A program made the translations under genes and the position numbers. Under the pieces are notes generated by a model, which saw only the letters and a list, made by a program, of their open reading frames with translations, made no database searches and was not told the origin of the DNA. This document shows positions 10,642 to 19,973 of a DNA stretch of 64,000 bases, in pieces; positions within the stretch are counted from its first letter, which is position 1; every line of letters begins with the position of its first letter. The stretch is from Candidatus Latescibacterota bacterium (GTDB lineage: Bacteria; Latescibacterota; CBDEFO01), in contig OZ252149.1 of assembly GCA_965248755.1 (NCBI GenBank), forward strand, positions 2,560,001-2,624,000. Reading direction: 5' to 3'.

Positions 10642-10878
10642 CTAACAATTGGGGACAGCTGTATCATCACGTCCCTCCAGAAAATCCAGCGCCTTGGAAA
10701 AGCTCCGTTTCTCCAGATAATGCCGCAGCATAGTGGGGGCCTCCGAACCCATCTGGGTTTTCAGTCTTTCAATGATCTCAATCTGACCGGCAATAGTTGG
10801 CCCTTCCACTTCTGTTCCCTCGAGTCGGAGCAAAGTTGCTATAGCATCGTGCAACTGTTCACCAAGATCTGTTACCAT
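10642..10878 (-). CDS. Small hypothetical helical protein
   Basis: GGAGGT SD; 78 aa with LRHYLEKRSFSKALDFL; downstream of the CDGSH gene. Confidence 0.75.
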   Translation of the reverse strand: MVTDLGEQLHDAIATLLRLEGTEVEGPTIAGQIEIIERLKTQMGSEAPTMLRHYLEKRSFSKALDFLEGRDDTAVPNC

Positions 10879-10929
10879 TTAGATATACCTCCATTCTTAT
10901 GTAGTTTCGAGATAAAACTCTCTCTTGCC

Positions 10930-11166
10930 TCAGACGTTCTTGTGCGATCCATCACAGAACGGGGCGTCTCCTGTATGCTTGCATTGGCAAAAGACCAACC
11001 TCTTCTTCTCCTCTACCGTGAATTCCACCGGAGTAAATCCAGTTCCTTTGTGAGATCCATCACAGAACGGCTGATCTTTCGAGCGTCCGCACCGACACCA
11101 GTAGTACGTGTCTGGCTCAAGCTCAAGGGCGATGGGCTTTCTGGCTGCAATTACTGGTTGGCTCAT
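10930..11166 (-). CDS. CDGSH iron-sulfur protein, two motifs (CISD3/MiNT-like)
   Basis: WCRCGRSKDQPFCDGSH and FCQCKHTGDAPFCDGSH. Confidence 0.95.
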   Translation of the reverse strand: MSQPVIAARKPIALELEPDTYYWCRCGRSKDQPFCDGSHKGTGFTPVEFTVEEKKRLVFCQCKHTGDAPFCDGSHKNV

Positions 11167-11447
11167 GTCACTTTTCTCCTTGCTAAAGATCCCACTGGTG
11201 GGAAGTCGTTTAAAAAGATAGATACAAAAGATTGAACCTGCAGAATGTTCAACAAATCTTCACATCATACAAATCCACTTACACAATCAATCCAACTCCT
11301 ACGATGCAACTGTCCCTGAACTGCGCCCCAGGACAAGCTCTTGCTTTACGTTAAGAAGCCGCCTCTTCAGACTAGATATTGCCTGCGATATTTAGAACGC
11401 ATCACAAGGGCGTGCTGATGCTCAAATATTCAAATGTCAACTATAAC

Positions 11448-12815
11448 TCATTGTTTGTTTTCATTGGATATATCAAGGCCATTTAACCTACGCACAACGT
11501 CAAAGAGGACCTGCATCCCAAAGAGAACGTTGTCGGCAGAGACCTTCTCGTCGTGACCGTGACACAACTGAAAGAACGTAGGCCCTGGTTCGTACTTCAT
11601 CGGGAGGAAGCCGTAGACCTTCGTCTTTGTCCCTACAAAAGGCCTCGCATCTGTCCCACCCGTTGCCATATATGGTATCACAAACGCCTCCGGATGATGC
11701 TTGGCGATAGCTTCCTGTACATACCCAAAGAGCGGGGTATCGTGCCCGGCTTCCAGCCCCCGAGCAAACCCCTCAGCACTTATGTCCACGTCGTCGCCTA
11801 CGATCTTCTTCATCTCCTCTATAAACCCTTCTGCATCTACATCGGGAAGGGTCCGACCGCTCAATTTGACCTTCACCTCAGACGGAATCACATTCCTCTT
11901 TACTCCGCCCTCTAACATAGTAGGAGCGCAGGTGTTTCTGAGCATAGCATCGAACATCCAGGCAGTAGGCGCGTCTACAGGTAACTTTTCCAAGACCTCT
12001 GGCTCCTTCTGGGGATCGAGCATATCCAGATATAATCTTTTTGACTCTTTGTCATCCTGAGCATTTGCGATCCCCTCGAAAAATTTACGTACAGAATCCG
12101 TGACCCTATGAGGCATTTTCTCTTCAGATATGCGCTCTATTGTCCGAGCTAAACGATAGATGGAATTGTCATCGTGAGGTGTCGAACTGTGTCCCGGCTG
12201 TCCCTTTGCAATCAGATCCACGTTATATGCGCCCTTTTCAGCGGTCTGACACAGATAGAAGTGCTTCCCTCCCACGAGTATAGCAAATCCTCCGCCTTCG
12301 TTTATGCAGTACTCCGATTCTATCAGATCGTAGTGATTGTTCACAAGCCAATTTGCACCGTATGCGCCCCCCATCTCTTCATCCGCACAAGCGGCGATTA
12401 TGATATCCCTTTTCAGGGGAACTTTATGCCGGGACAGAAGAAGGAGGATCATCATTTCAACGGCAGTCGTAAGCTTGGAGTCTATTGCGCCCCTCCCCCA
12501 GATGTAGCCGTCAGCCAGGGTAGCTGAAAAGGGTGGATACGTCCACTTATCCGGTTCTACGGGCACCACGTCCACGTGCGAAAGGAAAAGGAGGGGCGGC
12601 AGTTCCCCTGTGCCCTTCAATCTCCCTACCGCGTTCGCCCGATCTGGAGCAGACTTCAAGACAGAAGTCTGGATTCCATCATCAGACAGCACATCGGCTA
12701 CAAATTCGATAGCCGGAAGTTCATTCCCCGGAGGATTCGTGGTGTCGAATCGGATCAACTGCCGTAAAAGCTCAACCGCCTCATCTTTGACTGGCTTCCA
12801 ATCTATATTTTCCAT
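11448..12815 (-). CDS. M20/M25/M40 metallopeptidase/deacylase
   Basis: SHVDVVP, WGRGAIDSK, DEEMGG, NEGGG, HGHDE. Confidence 0.92.
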   Translation of the reverse strand: MENIDWKPVKDEAVELLRQLIRFDTTNPPGNELPAIEFVADVLSDDGIQTSVLKSAPDRANAVGRLKGTGELPPLLFLSHVDVVPVEPDKWTYPPFSATLADGYIWGRGAIDSKLTTAVEMMILLLLSRHKVPLKRDIIIAACADEEMGGAYGANWLVNNHYDLIESEYCINEGGGFAILVGGKHFYLCQTAEKGAYNVDLIAKGQPGHSSTPHDDNSIYRLARTIERISEEKMPHRVTDSVRKFFEGIANAQDDKESKRLYLDMLDPQKEPEVLEKLPVDAPTAWMFDAMLRNTCAPTMLEGGVKRNVIPSEVKVKLSGRTLPDVDAEGFIEEMKKIVGDDVDISAEGFARGLEAGHDTPLFGYVQEAIAKHHPEAFVIPYMATGGTDARPFVGTKTKVYGFLPMKYEPGPTFFQLCHGHDEKVSADNVLFGMQVLFDVVRRLNGLDISNENKQ

Positions 12816-12921
12816 GCAAGTCTCCACAAATCTGCAGTGGCAGATCCAAGTGCCCGCCGTGAAAGCTTGGACCAATCGCGCGAACACATAGGTTCGCTTC
12901 CTTACAGATGTCCTCTTAAGC

Positions 12922-13236
12922 CTAAGAACCAGCCCTTATCGCCTTCCTTATCAAATCCTTGGCCGGAAGCGGCCATCCTCTTCCGTCTTCTTTCCTGTAG
13001 ACTCTGCACGTCAGCGCATAGTGCTTCGTAGACTCGGCCTCGGGGTCTAAGTCCACTCCGTTTACCCTGATAGTCGGAGATCCCAAAAACTTCAGATCTA
13101 CTGCCTGCTGGTCTGAGTCCACCTCGATGCGCTCTACATGCGCAGTTACTCCCTCCTCTTGGAGGACTTCGTTCAAGAGTTCGAATCCCCGCTCATGGGA
13201 GGGACAACCCTTAAAGAAGAGATAATCTATATGCAT
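12922..13236 (-). CDS. Thioredoxin-like protein (DUF2703/alkylmercury-lyase-like)
   Basis: FKGCPSH, FLGSPTIRVNGVD, CRVY. Confidence 0.8.
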   Translation of the reverse strand: MHIDYLFFKGCPSHERGFELLNEVLQEEGVTAHVERIEVDSDQQAVDLKFLGSPTIRVNGVDLDPEAESTKHYALTCRVYRKEDGRGWPLPAKDLIRKAIRAGS

Positions 13237-13435
13237 ATTCGGCGCCAGAGACTGAGTATCAGTTCCAAATTGTGTGGAGGGTGATAGTAGAGGTCAAAAT
13301 AGTGGAAAGCAACAAGCACACGACGCAGTTAAAGTGAGCATGTTTAGCTTCCCCGGGTTTACCCGATAGCTTCTAATCGGGAGAGATCGCATTTACGGTT
13401 TGGAGGAGAGCCGCTGCCCGCTCCTTACTGTCTGC

Positions 13436-14680
13436 TTACTTAAGTGCTATTCGCCCCTTGGATCCGCTCCCACCAGTCCGGATCTCTACACCCGTCATCA
13501 TGGCCCGTTCCACCTTGCTTAAGGGACGCCTGTCTTCTATGTCGTATTTGCTCTTATCGCACACGTTCCCGTTCCGTATTGTAGCCACTGCCGAAAGCTT
13601 CTTGTCCCATGTGGCCTTCTGGCCGTGAGTATCTACAAAACCGAATTCGCCCTCTAAAAGCTCGAAGACTCCGATGTCCGCGGAGTAGCCCACCTTCAGG
13701 CTCCCCATTTCGTCCTCCCTGTTCACAGCCCGCGCCGGCGCGACAGTGCTCTTTTCTATAGCGTCCTCCAGACTCATCCCCATATAGAGGAACTTGGATA
13801 TGGTCGTGGGGAAATCGTAGACTGGACCTCCAACGCTTAAGCTATGCAGATCTGTGCTGATAACATCTGGCAGGAAGTGTTGCTCGAAAGCCGCCTTTGC
13901 CGTATCAAAATTGAAACTCCCCGCGCCGTGTCCCACGTCGAATATCACGCCCCTTTCCCTGGCGTCTATCACTTCGGGAAGTAGATTGTATTTCTCATCT
14001 ATGATGCCGTCACCTCTGCCCTGATAGCAGTGGGTCACAATATCGCCCGGCCGCAGAAGTTTAAGTACGTCCGGGAGCGGAACGCCAGCCCCTATGTGAA
14101 CCATTAGGGGGGTCCCTGCGTTCTCAGCCGCCCGGACAGCCATCCTGAGCGGCTCGACCCCGTTTTGTTGTCCCACCTGCCCTCCCCCCTGTCTGACCTT
14201 CACACCCACGGCGATGTCCCTGTTGTCCTCTATCGTCTGAGCTACCTCGTCAGGAGCCGCGTAGGCCATATCGATCATTTCTCCCACAGGCCCATAGACC
14301 AGGCCGATGCCCGATATATGAATAAACGAAAGCACCCTTGTTCGGGATCGATTGACCACCAACTCCCTGAACCCCGGAAACGTTACCCAGCTCGGACTAC
14401 CTGCGTCCACTGCTCCTGTCACACCGTTCAAAAGACACACAGGATCAGCCTCGATCCCCCATGTGGTTACCCCCACATATACGTGAATATGGATGTCCAG
14501 AAGCCCCGGAGTTACAAAGTTGCCCGATGCGTCAAAAACCTCTGACGCATCCTCAGGCTTGATGTCCTCCTCAAGAGCGGCCACCTTCCCGCCCTTGATC
14601 CCCACATCCATGTTGCAGTTGATCCTTTGAGAAGGGTCTATTACAACCCCTCCCTTTACAACCAGATCGTATTTCATCAT
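13436..14680 (-). CDS. Amidohydrolase, dihydroorotase/deacetylase-like
   Basis: PGLLDIHIH, VDAGS, GVKVR, MVH, DVGHGAGSF, ISTDLH. Confidence 0.9.
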   Translation of the reverse strand: MMKYDLVVKGGVVIDPSQRINCNMDVGIKGGKVAALEEDIKPEDASEVFDASGNFVTPGLLDIHIHVYVGVTTWGIEADPVCLLNGVTGAVDAGSPSWVTFPGFRELVVNRSRTRVLSFIHISGIGLVYGPVGEMIDMAYAAPDEVAQTIEDNRDIAVGVKVRQGGGQVGQQNGVEPLRMAVRAAENAGTPLMVHIGAGVPLPDVLKLLRPGDIVTHCYQGRGDGIIDEKYNLLPEVIDARERGVIFDVGHGAGSFNFDTAKAAFEQHFLPDVISTDLHSLSVGGPVYDFPTTISKFLYMGMSLEDAIEKSTVAPARAVNREDEMGSLKVGYSADIGVFELLEGEFGFVDTHGQKATWDKKLSAVATIRNGNVCDKSKYDIEDRRPLSKVERAMMTGVEIRTGGSGSKGRIALK

Positions 14681-14752
14681 CACGCCCTCAGATAAGTAGA
14701 CAGGGACACCTCCTCCCATCCTGTCAATGATAGTGGAAGCACAGATCCCGAA

Positions 14753-14986
14753 CTACATTCTTCCCTTTATCTCCTTTTGAATCTCCTTATATTCGGGAAA
14801 TCTGCCCTCCTTCTTTTTCGAGAAGACCAGATCTTTGTCGATGGACACCTCAAATTTCCCGCCATCGGACGGGACGAGGACCAGTTGAGATATGTCCTGT
14901 TTGAACTCCTCTAAAATCTCGCTCGTCATACTGACGGCCTGGGGCTCGTAGTCTCAGGCGGAACAGTAGATGATCTCGATATTCAC
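14753..14986 (-). CDS. SelW/SelT/SelH (Rdx) family selenoprotein, 77 aa, Sec at codon 11
   Basis: AGGAGGT SD + GTG; MNIEIIYCSA-TGA-DYEPQAVSMTSEIL...LVPSDGGKFEVSID...FSKKKEGRFPE; TGA sits at the CxxU position. Confidence 0.9.
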
Positions 14987-15173
14987 GGTTTACACCTCCT
15001 TTTGAAAGACTGAATTCTTATATTGTTACTTCAACTTTCAGAACTGACTGTTACTGGAAAAGTTAGGCTCCTGTCAACATAGAATCTGGAGTAACTCCCT
15101 TAAACCGAGAAGAAGCGGTTAAGCTAAATTCACTGAAAGTGAGCCTGAAAAGATGTCCTGTGCTGTTACATCC

Positions 15174-15884
15174 TTATTTGCCCTGTTTCTTGAACAATGT
15201 TTGCACTTTCTTTTTAACATGACCCCAGGTAAATCTCTCTTTCCAGCTTCCCCAACCATGATGAATTCCATACGAAACCCCATTGTTCAATATTTCCTTA
15301 TATTCTTTTTCATTCCTCGGCGAGGGTGGATGAAAATACAATCTTTCAGTTTCTTCAACATCACTATAATCATTCTTATAGTAAATACTCGTAAGGAGGA
15401 GAGGGCCAGTAGCATCAACAACCTCAGTATAATTCTTGGCAACAGGATAGTTACTCCTTAAATCATTAATTACGTCTTTCCAGAACTGGTGCTTGGGAAT
15501 TGAAGCAAACACACAGTTCCCAATACCATCGTAAGTGTCTCCAAACTGCTTGCTTCTGTTTTTTGGTAATACTAAATTTGCTTCTTCGAAATCAAATCTC
15601 TTTATCATCTCATAGTCAAGATCGAGATATAATCCCCCAATATCATACATTATTAAATACCTGATTACGTCAGCCCTCATAATATTTCGGGGGAATTTCC
15701 TATAGATTTCATAAAAGTCTGGAAAACATTCTTTAACAAAATTGTTATTGTCCTCATCAGTCCATAGTTCATAATCCCAGTCAGGATGTAATTCTATCAC
15801 TCTGCGCTGGAATAATCTCCATTTTTTAGGGATCTTATTCGTCTTCCATGTCTGATGGATAATTTTAGGTATCCTCATTTCCAA
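15174..15884 (-). CDS. GT32 (OCH1/SUR1-like) glycosyltransferase
   Basis: IPKIIHQTW, RADVIRY...GGLYLDLD, ATGP; AT-rich. Confidence 0.92.
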   Translation of the reverse strand: MEMRIPKIIHQTWKTNKIPKKWRLFQRRVIELHPDWDYELWTDEDNNNFVKECFPDFYEIYRKFPRNIMRADVIRYLIMYDIGGLYLDLDYEMIKRFDFEEANLVLPKNRSKQFGDTYDGIGNCVFASIPKHQFWKDVINDLRSNYPVAKNYTEVVDATGPLLLTSIYYKNDYSDVEETERLYFHPPSPRNEKEYKEILNNGVSYGIHHGWGSWKERFTWGHVKKKVQTLFKKQGK

Positions 15885-16169
15885 ATTCGTTAGTCTCTAT
15901 ACCACATAACTTGTTACATCCAAACTACTTCTAATATATGTCCACGTTGGTGTGCTATCCGACTCTCCACTCTGTGCCCAGAACGGACATTGAGTTGATC
16001 TCCGAAAGGCCGCTTTGCCATCGAAATCATAATAGCACAATTTATATCCGTTGTCAAGTCGAAAAGCGCTCCCGTGCCCTCTTTTATATTTGCTTTTGCT
16101 ATAGGTTTTTTCGTATATTCATAGCTACTCAAAACAAACGAGGCTGGCTAATTTACAACGAATAGGCAC

Positions 16170-16919
16170 ATGACTCGCATACTTCTGACAAACGACGACG
16201 GATTTTGGTCTGAGGGACTGACGACCCTGAAACGGGAACTGTCACGTCATTGGGGTGTTGTGGTCGTAGCCCCCGACAGAGAGCAGAGCGGCATGAGCCA
16301 CTCGCTGACCTTGACACATCCTCTAAGAGTCAACAGGATAGAAGAGAAAGTCTTCAGCGTGGACGGCACTCCTACAGACTGCGTTATGCTGGGAACCTAC
16401 GGACTTTTAGATAAAAAACCAGACCTGGTGGTCTCCGGGATCAATCACGGAGCCAATTTAGGGGACGATGTCACCTACTCTGGCACGGTTGCAGCAGCGA
16501 TGGAGGGCACACTCTTAGGGATACCCTCGATAGCGATCTCAGTTGTAGGCCAGGACAGGTTGATATTCGATCAGGCGGCGGAGTTTGCCGTTCATCTGAT
16601 AGAGAAAATCCTGCAGGAGGGAATGCCCGAAGAGACACTTCTGAACGTAAACGTCCCCAATCTCCCCAAAGATGGATTAAAAGGGGTTAAGATCACAAAG
16701 TTGGGAAAGAGAATCTACAGGGATGCTATAGTTAAGAACACTGATCCGAGGGGAAAACCCTATTACTGGATCGGAGGGCAGGATCCCACCTGGATAGGCG
16801 GGGAGGAGACCGACTTTGCTGCTGTTGAAGAGGGTATGATCTCAATTTCACCTTTGCATTTAGACCTGACGAAGTATAAAGCCATAAAGGAGATGGAGAA
16901 CTGGAGGATAGAGCTATAG
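16170..16919 (+). CDS. surE: 5'/3'-nucleotidase SurE
   Basis: ILLTNDDG, GTPTDCV, SGINHGANLG, YSGTVAAAMEG. Confidence 0.97.
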   Translation: MTRILLTNDDGFWSEGLTTLKRELSRHWGVVVVAPDREQSGMSHSLTLTHPLRVNRIEEKVFSVDGTPTDCVMLGTYGLLDKKPDLVVSGINHGANLGDDVTYSGTVAAAMEGTLLGIPSIAISVVGQDRLIFDQAAEFAVHLIEKILQEGMPEETLLNVNVPNLPKDGLKGVKITKLGKRIYRDAIVKNTDPRGKPYYWIGGQDPTWIGGEETDFAAVEEGMISISPLHLDLTKYKAIKEMENWRIEL

Positions 16920-16948
16920 AAACCAGTGGGGGCACCAAGGTAGGACTT

Positions 16949-17530
16949 ATGAGGCGGCTTTACGACTGGGTGCTGGGCTGGGCGCACACTCCCTACGGTG
17001 CGCCTATGCTCTTTTTGCTGTCCCTTGCAGAGTCTTCATTCTTCCCTATCCCGCCCGATGTCCTCTTAATGGCGCTGTCTATCTCCATCCCTAAAAAAGC
17101 CTTAAAATACGCCCTTTACTGCTCCGTCGGATCTGTCATCGGAGGGATCGTAGGCTACTTTATAGGAGCAGTCGGATACGAAGCTATCGGAAGGCACATC
17201 ATAGAATTCTACGGTGCTACTGAAAAATTTAACTATGTTGCAAGTAAGTACAAAGAAAATGCATTTGCATTTATAGTAATAGCCGGTTTTACGCCGATCC
17301 CCTATAAAGTCTTCACTATTGCCGCCGGAGTCTTCGACATAAGGCTTTCGACGCTCGTGTTAGCATCGGCTATAAGCAGGTCCGCCAGATTCTTCATCTT
17401 AGCTGTCCTGATCCACATATTCGGCCCATCGATCAAATCCTTTATAGACAAGTACTTTAATATTCTCTCTGTGGCCTTCGTAGTTCTGCTGATATTAGGT
17501 TTTATAGTAATAAGGCTCATCGTGAAATAG
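16949..17530 (+). CDS. DedA/YqaA (VTT domain) membrane protein
   Basis: ESSFFPIPPD, AGFTPIPYKVFTI. Confidence 0.9.
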   Translation: MRRLYDWVLGWAHTPYGAPMLFLLSLAESSFFPIPPDVLLMALSISIPKKALKYALYCSVGSVIGGIVGYFIGAVGYEAIGRHIIEFYGATEKFNYVASKYKENAFAFIVIAGFTPIPYKVFTIAAGVFDIRLSTLVLASAISRSARFFILAVLIHIFGPSIKSFIDKYFNILSVAFVVLLILGFIVIRLIVK

Positions 17531-17710
17531 TTATTTGACAGGTGATGACAAAGGTGTGATAGGAGGATATAGAACAGGAAGGTATTGCTATTGGTGTGGG
17601 AACAAGCTGGTGTTGTGCTTAGCTAGCAAAGGGATGAACAGCTTAACCTGGAATGCCCTTCCGAGTCACTTGGATCATTCGCTATCTATTAGATTTAAAA
17701 AGAGAAGTCT

Positions 17711-18511
17711 ATGGTATCAACCTGTAGGTTATGCGGTAGTCAAAATTTAGAATTGTATTATACGCAAGGGAATAATAACCAATATAAATTCTACAAATGT
17801 GTAAATTGTAAACTTGTCAATTATGATCTATCTACGGGACTGAACCAGGAAAAGTATGCAGAGATATATATTAATCCACAAGATCACAAACATAAACACA
17901 ATTTAGGACAGACCGAAACCTATAATTTCATTAAGCGACATATTGACAAACCAGGAAGGTTATTAGATATCGGTTGCGGTAACGGAAAATTGTTATTTCT
18001 TGCTCAAAAAGATGGCTGGAAAGTTAAAGGATTGGAGCTATCTGGTTTTTTGGCTGATTCCATAAAGAAAGCAGTCGGTATAGATGTCGAAGTTTGCAAC
18101 TTTTTGGAATATAAAATTAGTGAAAATGATATTTTTGATGTTGTTGTTTTGAGGCACGTACTGGAACACCTTCCTGACTCTGTTTTAGCAATGAATAAAA
18201 TTAATGCATTATTAAAGACCGGTGGATGCGCCGCATTAGAATTTCCTAACATTGAAGGTTTTGATTTGAAATTCAAAAGATTTTTAGGGGAAATAGGGCT
18301 TCATAAAAAGAAATATTCACCAGATTATAAGCCTGGTCACTGTAATGAATTTTGTAAAGACTCATTTGAGTTCCTACTAGCAAAAACAGGATTCAAATTA
18401 GAAATATGGTACACTTATTCATCAAAGCCCTTTTTTAAGCCATTATTTAATTTGATATACAATATTTTTAATAGTGGTAATAAGGCAAGAGTATTGATAA
18501 GAAAGGCTTAG
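17711..18511 (+). CDS. Class I SAM-dependent methyltransferase with N-terminal Zn ribbon
   Basis: CRLC..CVNC, LLDIGCGNG, HVLEHL; AT-rich. Confidence 0.9.
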   Translation: MVSTCRLCGSQNLELYYTQGNNNQYKFYKCVNCKLVNYDLSTGLNQEKYAEIYINPQDHKHKHNLGQTETYNFIKRHIDKPGRLLDIGCGNGKLLFLAQKDGWKVKGLELSGFLADSIKKAVGIDVEVCNFLEYKISENDIFDVVVLRHVLEHLPDSVLAMNKINALLKTGGCAALEFPNIEGFDLKFKRFLGEIGLHKKKYSPDYKPGHCNEFCKDSFEFLLAKTGFKLEIWYTYSSKPFFKPLFNLIYNIFNSGNKARVLIRKA

Positions 18512-18526
18512 ATCACGTAACATCTC

Positions 18527-19432
18527 TTATTCCCTCCCTCTTGGCGATTCTGAAATTCCCGCAATTCTTTCTCCCGAAACCGATCTATAGATTCCATAAA
18601 GGACGATTATGCTACCTGCGATTCTGAGAGGCGTGGGAGTCTCATAAAGGATAAAATAGGCTAAAACAGCGGCTATGACAGGCTCGGCTAAGAGCGCTAT
18701 AGATACAAAGGATGGAGAAATGCTCCCCAAAGCCCAGTTTATGGAGCTGTGGCCGATGATCTGTGGAACGAGGGCTAAAAGGAAAAGATAAAAGTACGTC
18801 TTTGGGGAATAACCCACGAATTCTTGACCGAAGATCAGGCATATAACTATTAAAAAGAGGGCGGCGGATGTGTAGGTTTTGAATATGTAGCTGTAAAGGC
18901 CTATTTTTTGCCTGAGCTTTCTGCCGATTAACAGATAGCAGGACATGGCGACTGCGCCCAAAAGAGCGAGGATGTCCCCGATCAGCGACTCCGGACCCTT
19001 CTCCCAATCTCCAAAGCCGATTATGACGCCGCCTGCGACGGAGACCGCTATGCCGAAAGCCATTTTGGGAGATACTTTCTCTTTCAGAAAGAAATGTGAG
19101 CCGATACCCACGAAGATGGGGTTTGTAGTAACGAGGACTACAGAGCTTGCCACGGTAGTGTAGCTTAGGGAGGTTATCCATAGGGAAAAATGGAGGGCAA
19201 GGCACAGACCCGAAAGGACCGAAAGTAGAAGATCACCTCTGCTCAGCTTCGTAGGATGTGCGCGTCTGTCCACAAGGACAAACGGCAAGAGCATAAGCGA
19301 GGCTAAAAAGAGGCGGTATGCGGCAATTATTAAAGGCGGAGCGTCGCACAGACGTATGAGAATAGAGGCAAAAGAGGCTGCTGTAATCCCTACAGGCAGG
19401 ACTATGTAAGGAGAAGAATTTAAGCGCTTGAC
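18527..19432 (-). CDS. EamA/DMT-family transporter (start uncertain)
   Basis: Two EamA repeats; EamA-like frame extends 46 codons upstream of the tracked ATG. Confidence 0.85.
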   Translation of the reverse strand, partial: VKRLNSSPYIVLPVGITAASFASILIRLCDAPPLIIAAYRLFLASLMLLPFVLVDRRAHPTKLSRGDLLLSVLSGLCLALHFSLWITSLSYTTVASSVVLVTTNPIFVGIGSHFFLKEKVSPKMAFGIAVSVAGGVIIGFGDWEKGPESLIGDILALLGAVAMSCYLLIGRKLRQKIGLYSYIFKTYTSAALFLIVICLIFGQEFVGYSPKTYFYLFLLALVPQIIGHSSINWALGSISPSFVSIALLAEPVIAAVLAYFILYETPTPLRIAGSIIVLYGIYRSVSGERIAGISESPRGRE

Positions 19433-19517
19433 GGAATATCCCCCTTAAAATAGTAGACAGCCTACAGGGTCACGTCCTCCCATCTCCCTCAAGTATACAG
19501 CAGTCAGGAGATCCCTT

Positions 19518-19889
19518 CTACTGTATACTTTTAACAAGACCGTAAAGCATCTTTCCTATTTCTTCAACCTGGTTGATTAACTTTTGGTTGTCCTGTAAGT
19601 ATTCCAAGTCTTTTGAAAGAATTATGTAGTCCGCAACTCCTCAAGAGTTCCCTGAGCGATGTTGTAGAAGCTCGTCTTGTCTTTTAATGTCCGCTTTTTT
19701 AAACCCTTCTGCGATATTTGCTGGAATAGAAACAGCAGCCCTCAGCATTTGAGAAACCAAACCAAATTTTTCCTCAGGAGGAAAGTCTTTGGTGAGTTGA
19801 TAAACATTCAAGACAAGTTGATGAGCTTTTTTCCAGACTTCTAAATCTTCAAACCTGTCTGCTTTTTCAGGACTACTGTCTATTTGCAT
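19518..19889 (-). pseudogene. Four-helix-bundle protein (23S-IVS-like family), doubly frameshifted
   Basis: [39 protein letters not shown], then [13 protein letters not shown] and YIILSKDLEYL..IGKMLYGL in shifted frames. Confidence 0.9.
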
Positions 19890-19973
19890 TTCCCTCGTCT
19901 ACTGTATCTGTCTACTTGTTTGGGGATGAGGGGATGTTCCCAGTCTACTGTCTACTGTTTGCTGTCTACTGGT

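Noticed and set aside
13237..13341. In-frame upstream extension of the Trx-like gene through a TGA (MLTLTASCACCFPLF*...)
   Set aside because: The TGA is not in a redox-motif position and the family normally begins at the tracked Met; probably chance
19518..19889. DGR accessory (Avd) gene or rRNA intervening sequence
   Set aside because: No reverse transcriptase, TR/VR pair or 23S rRNA in the window
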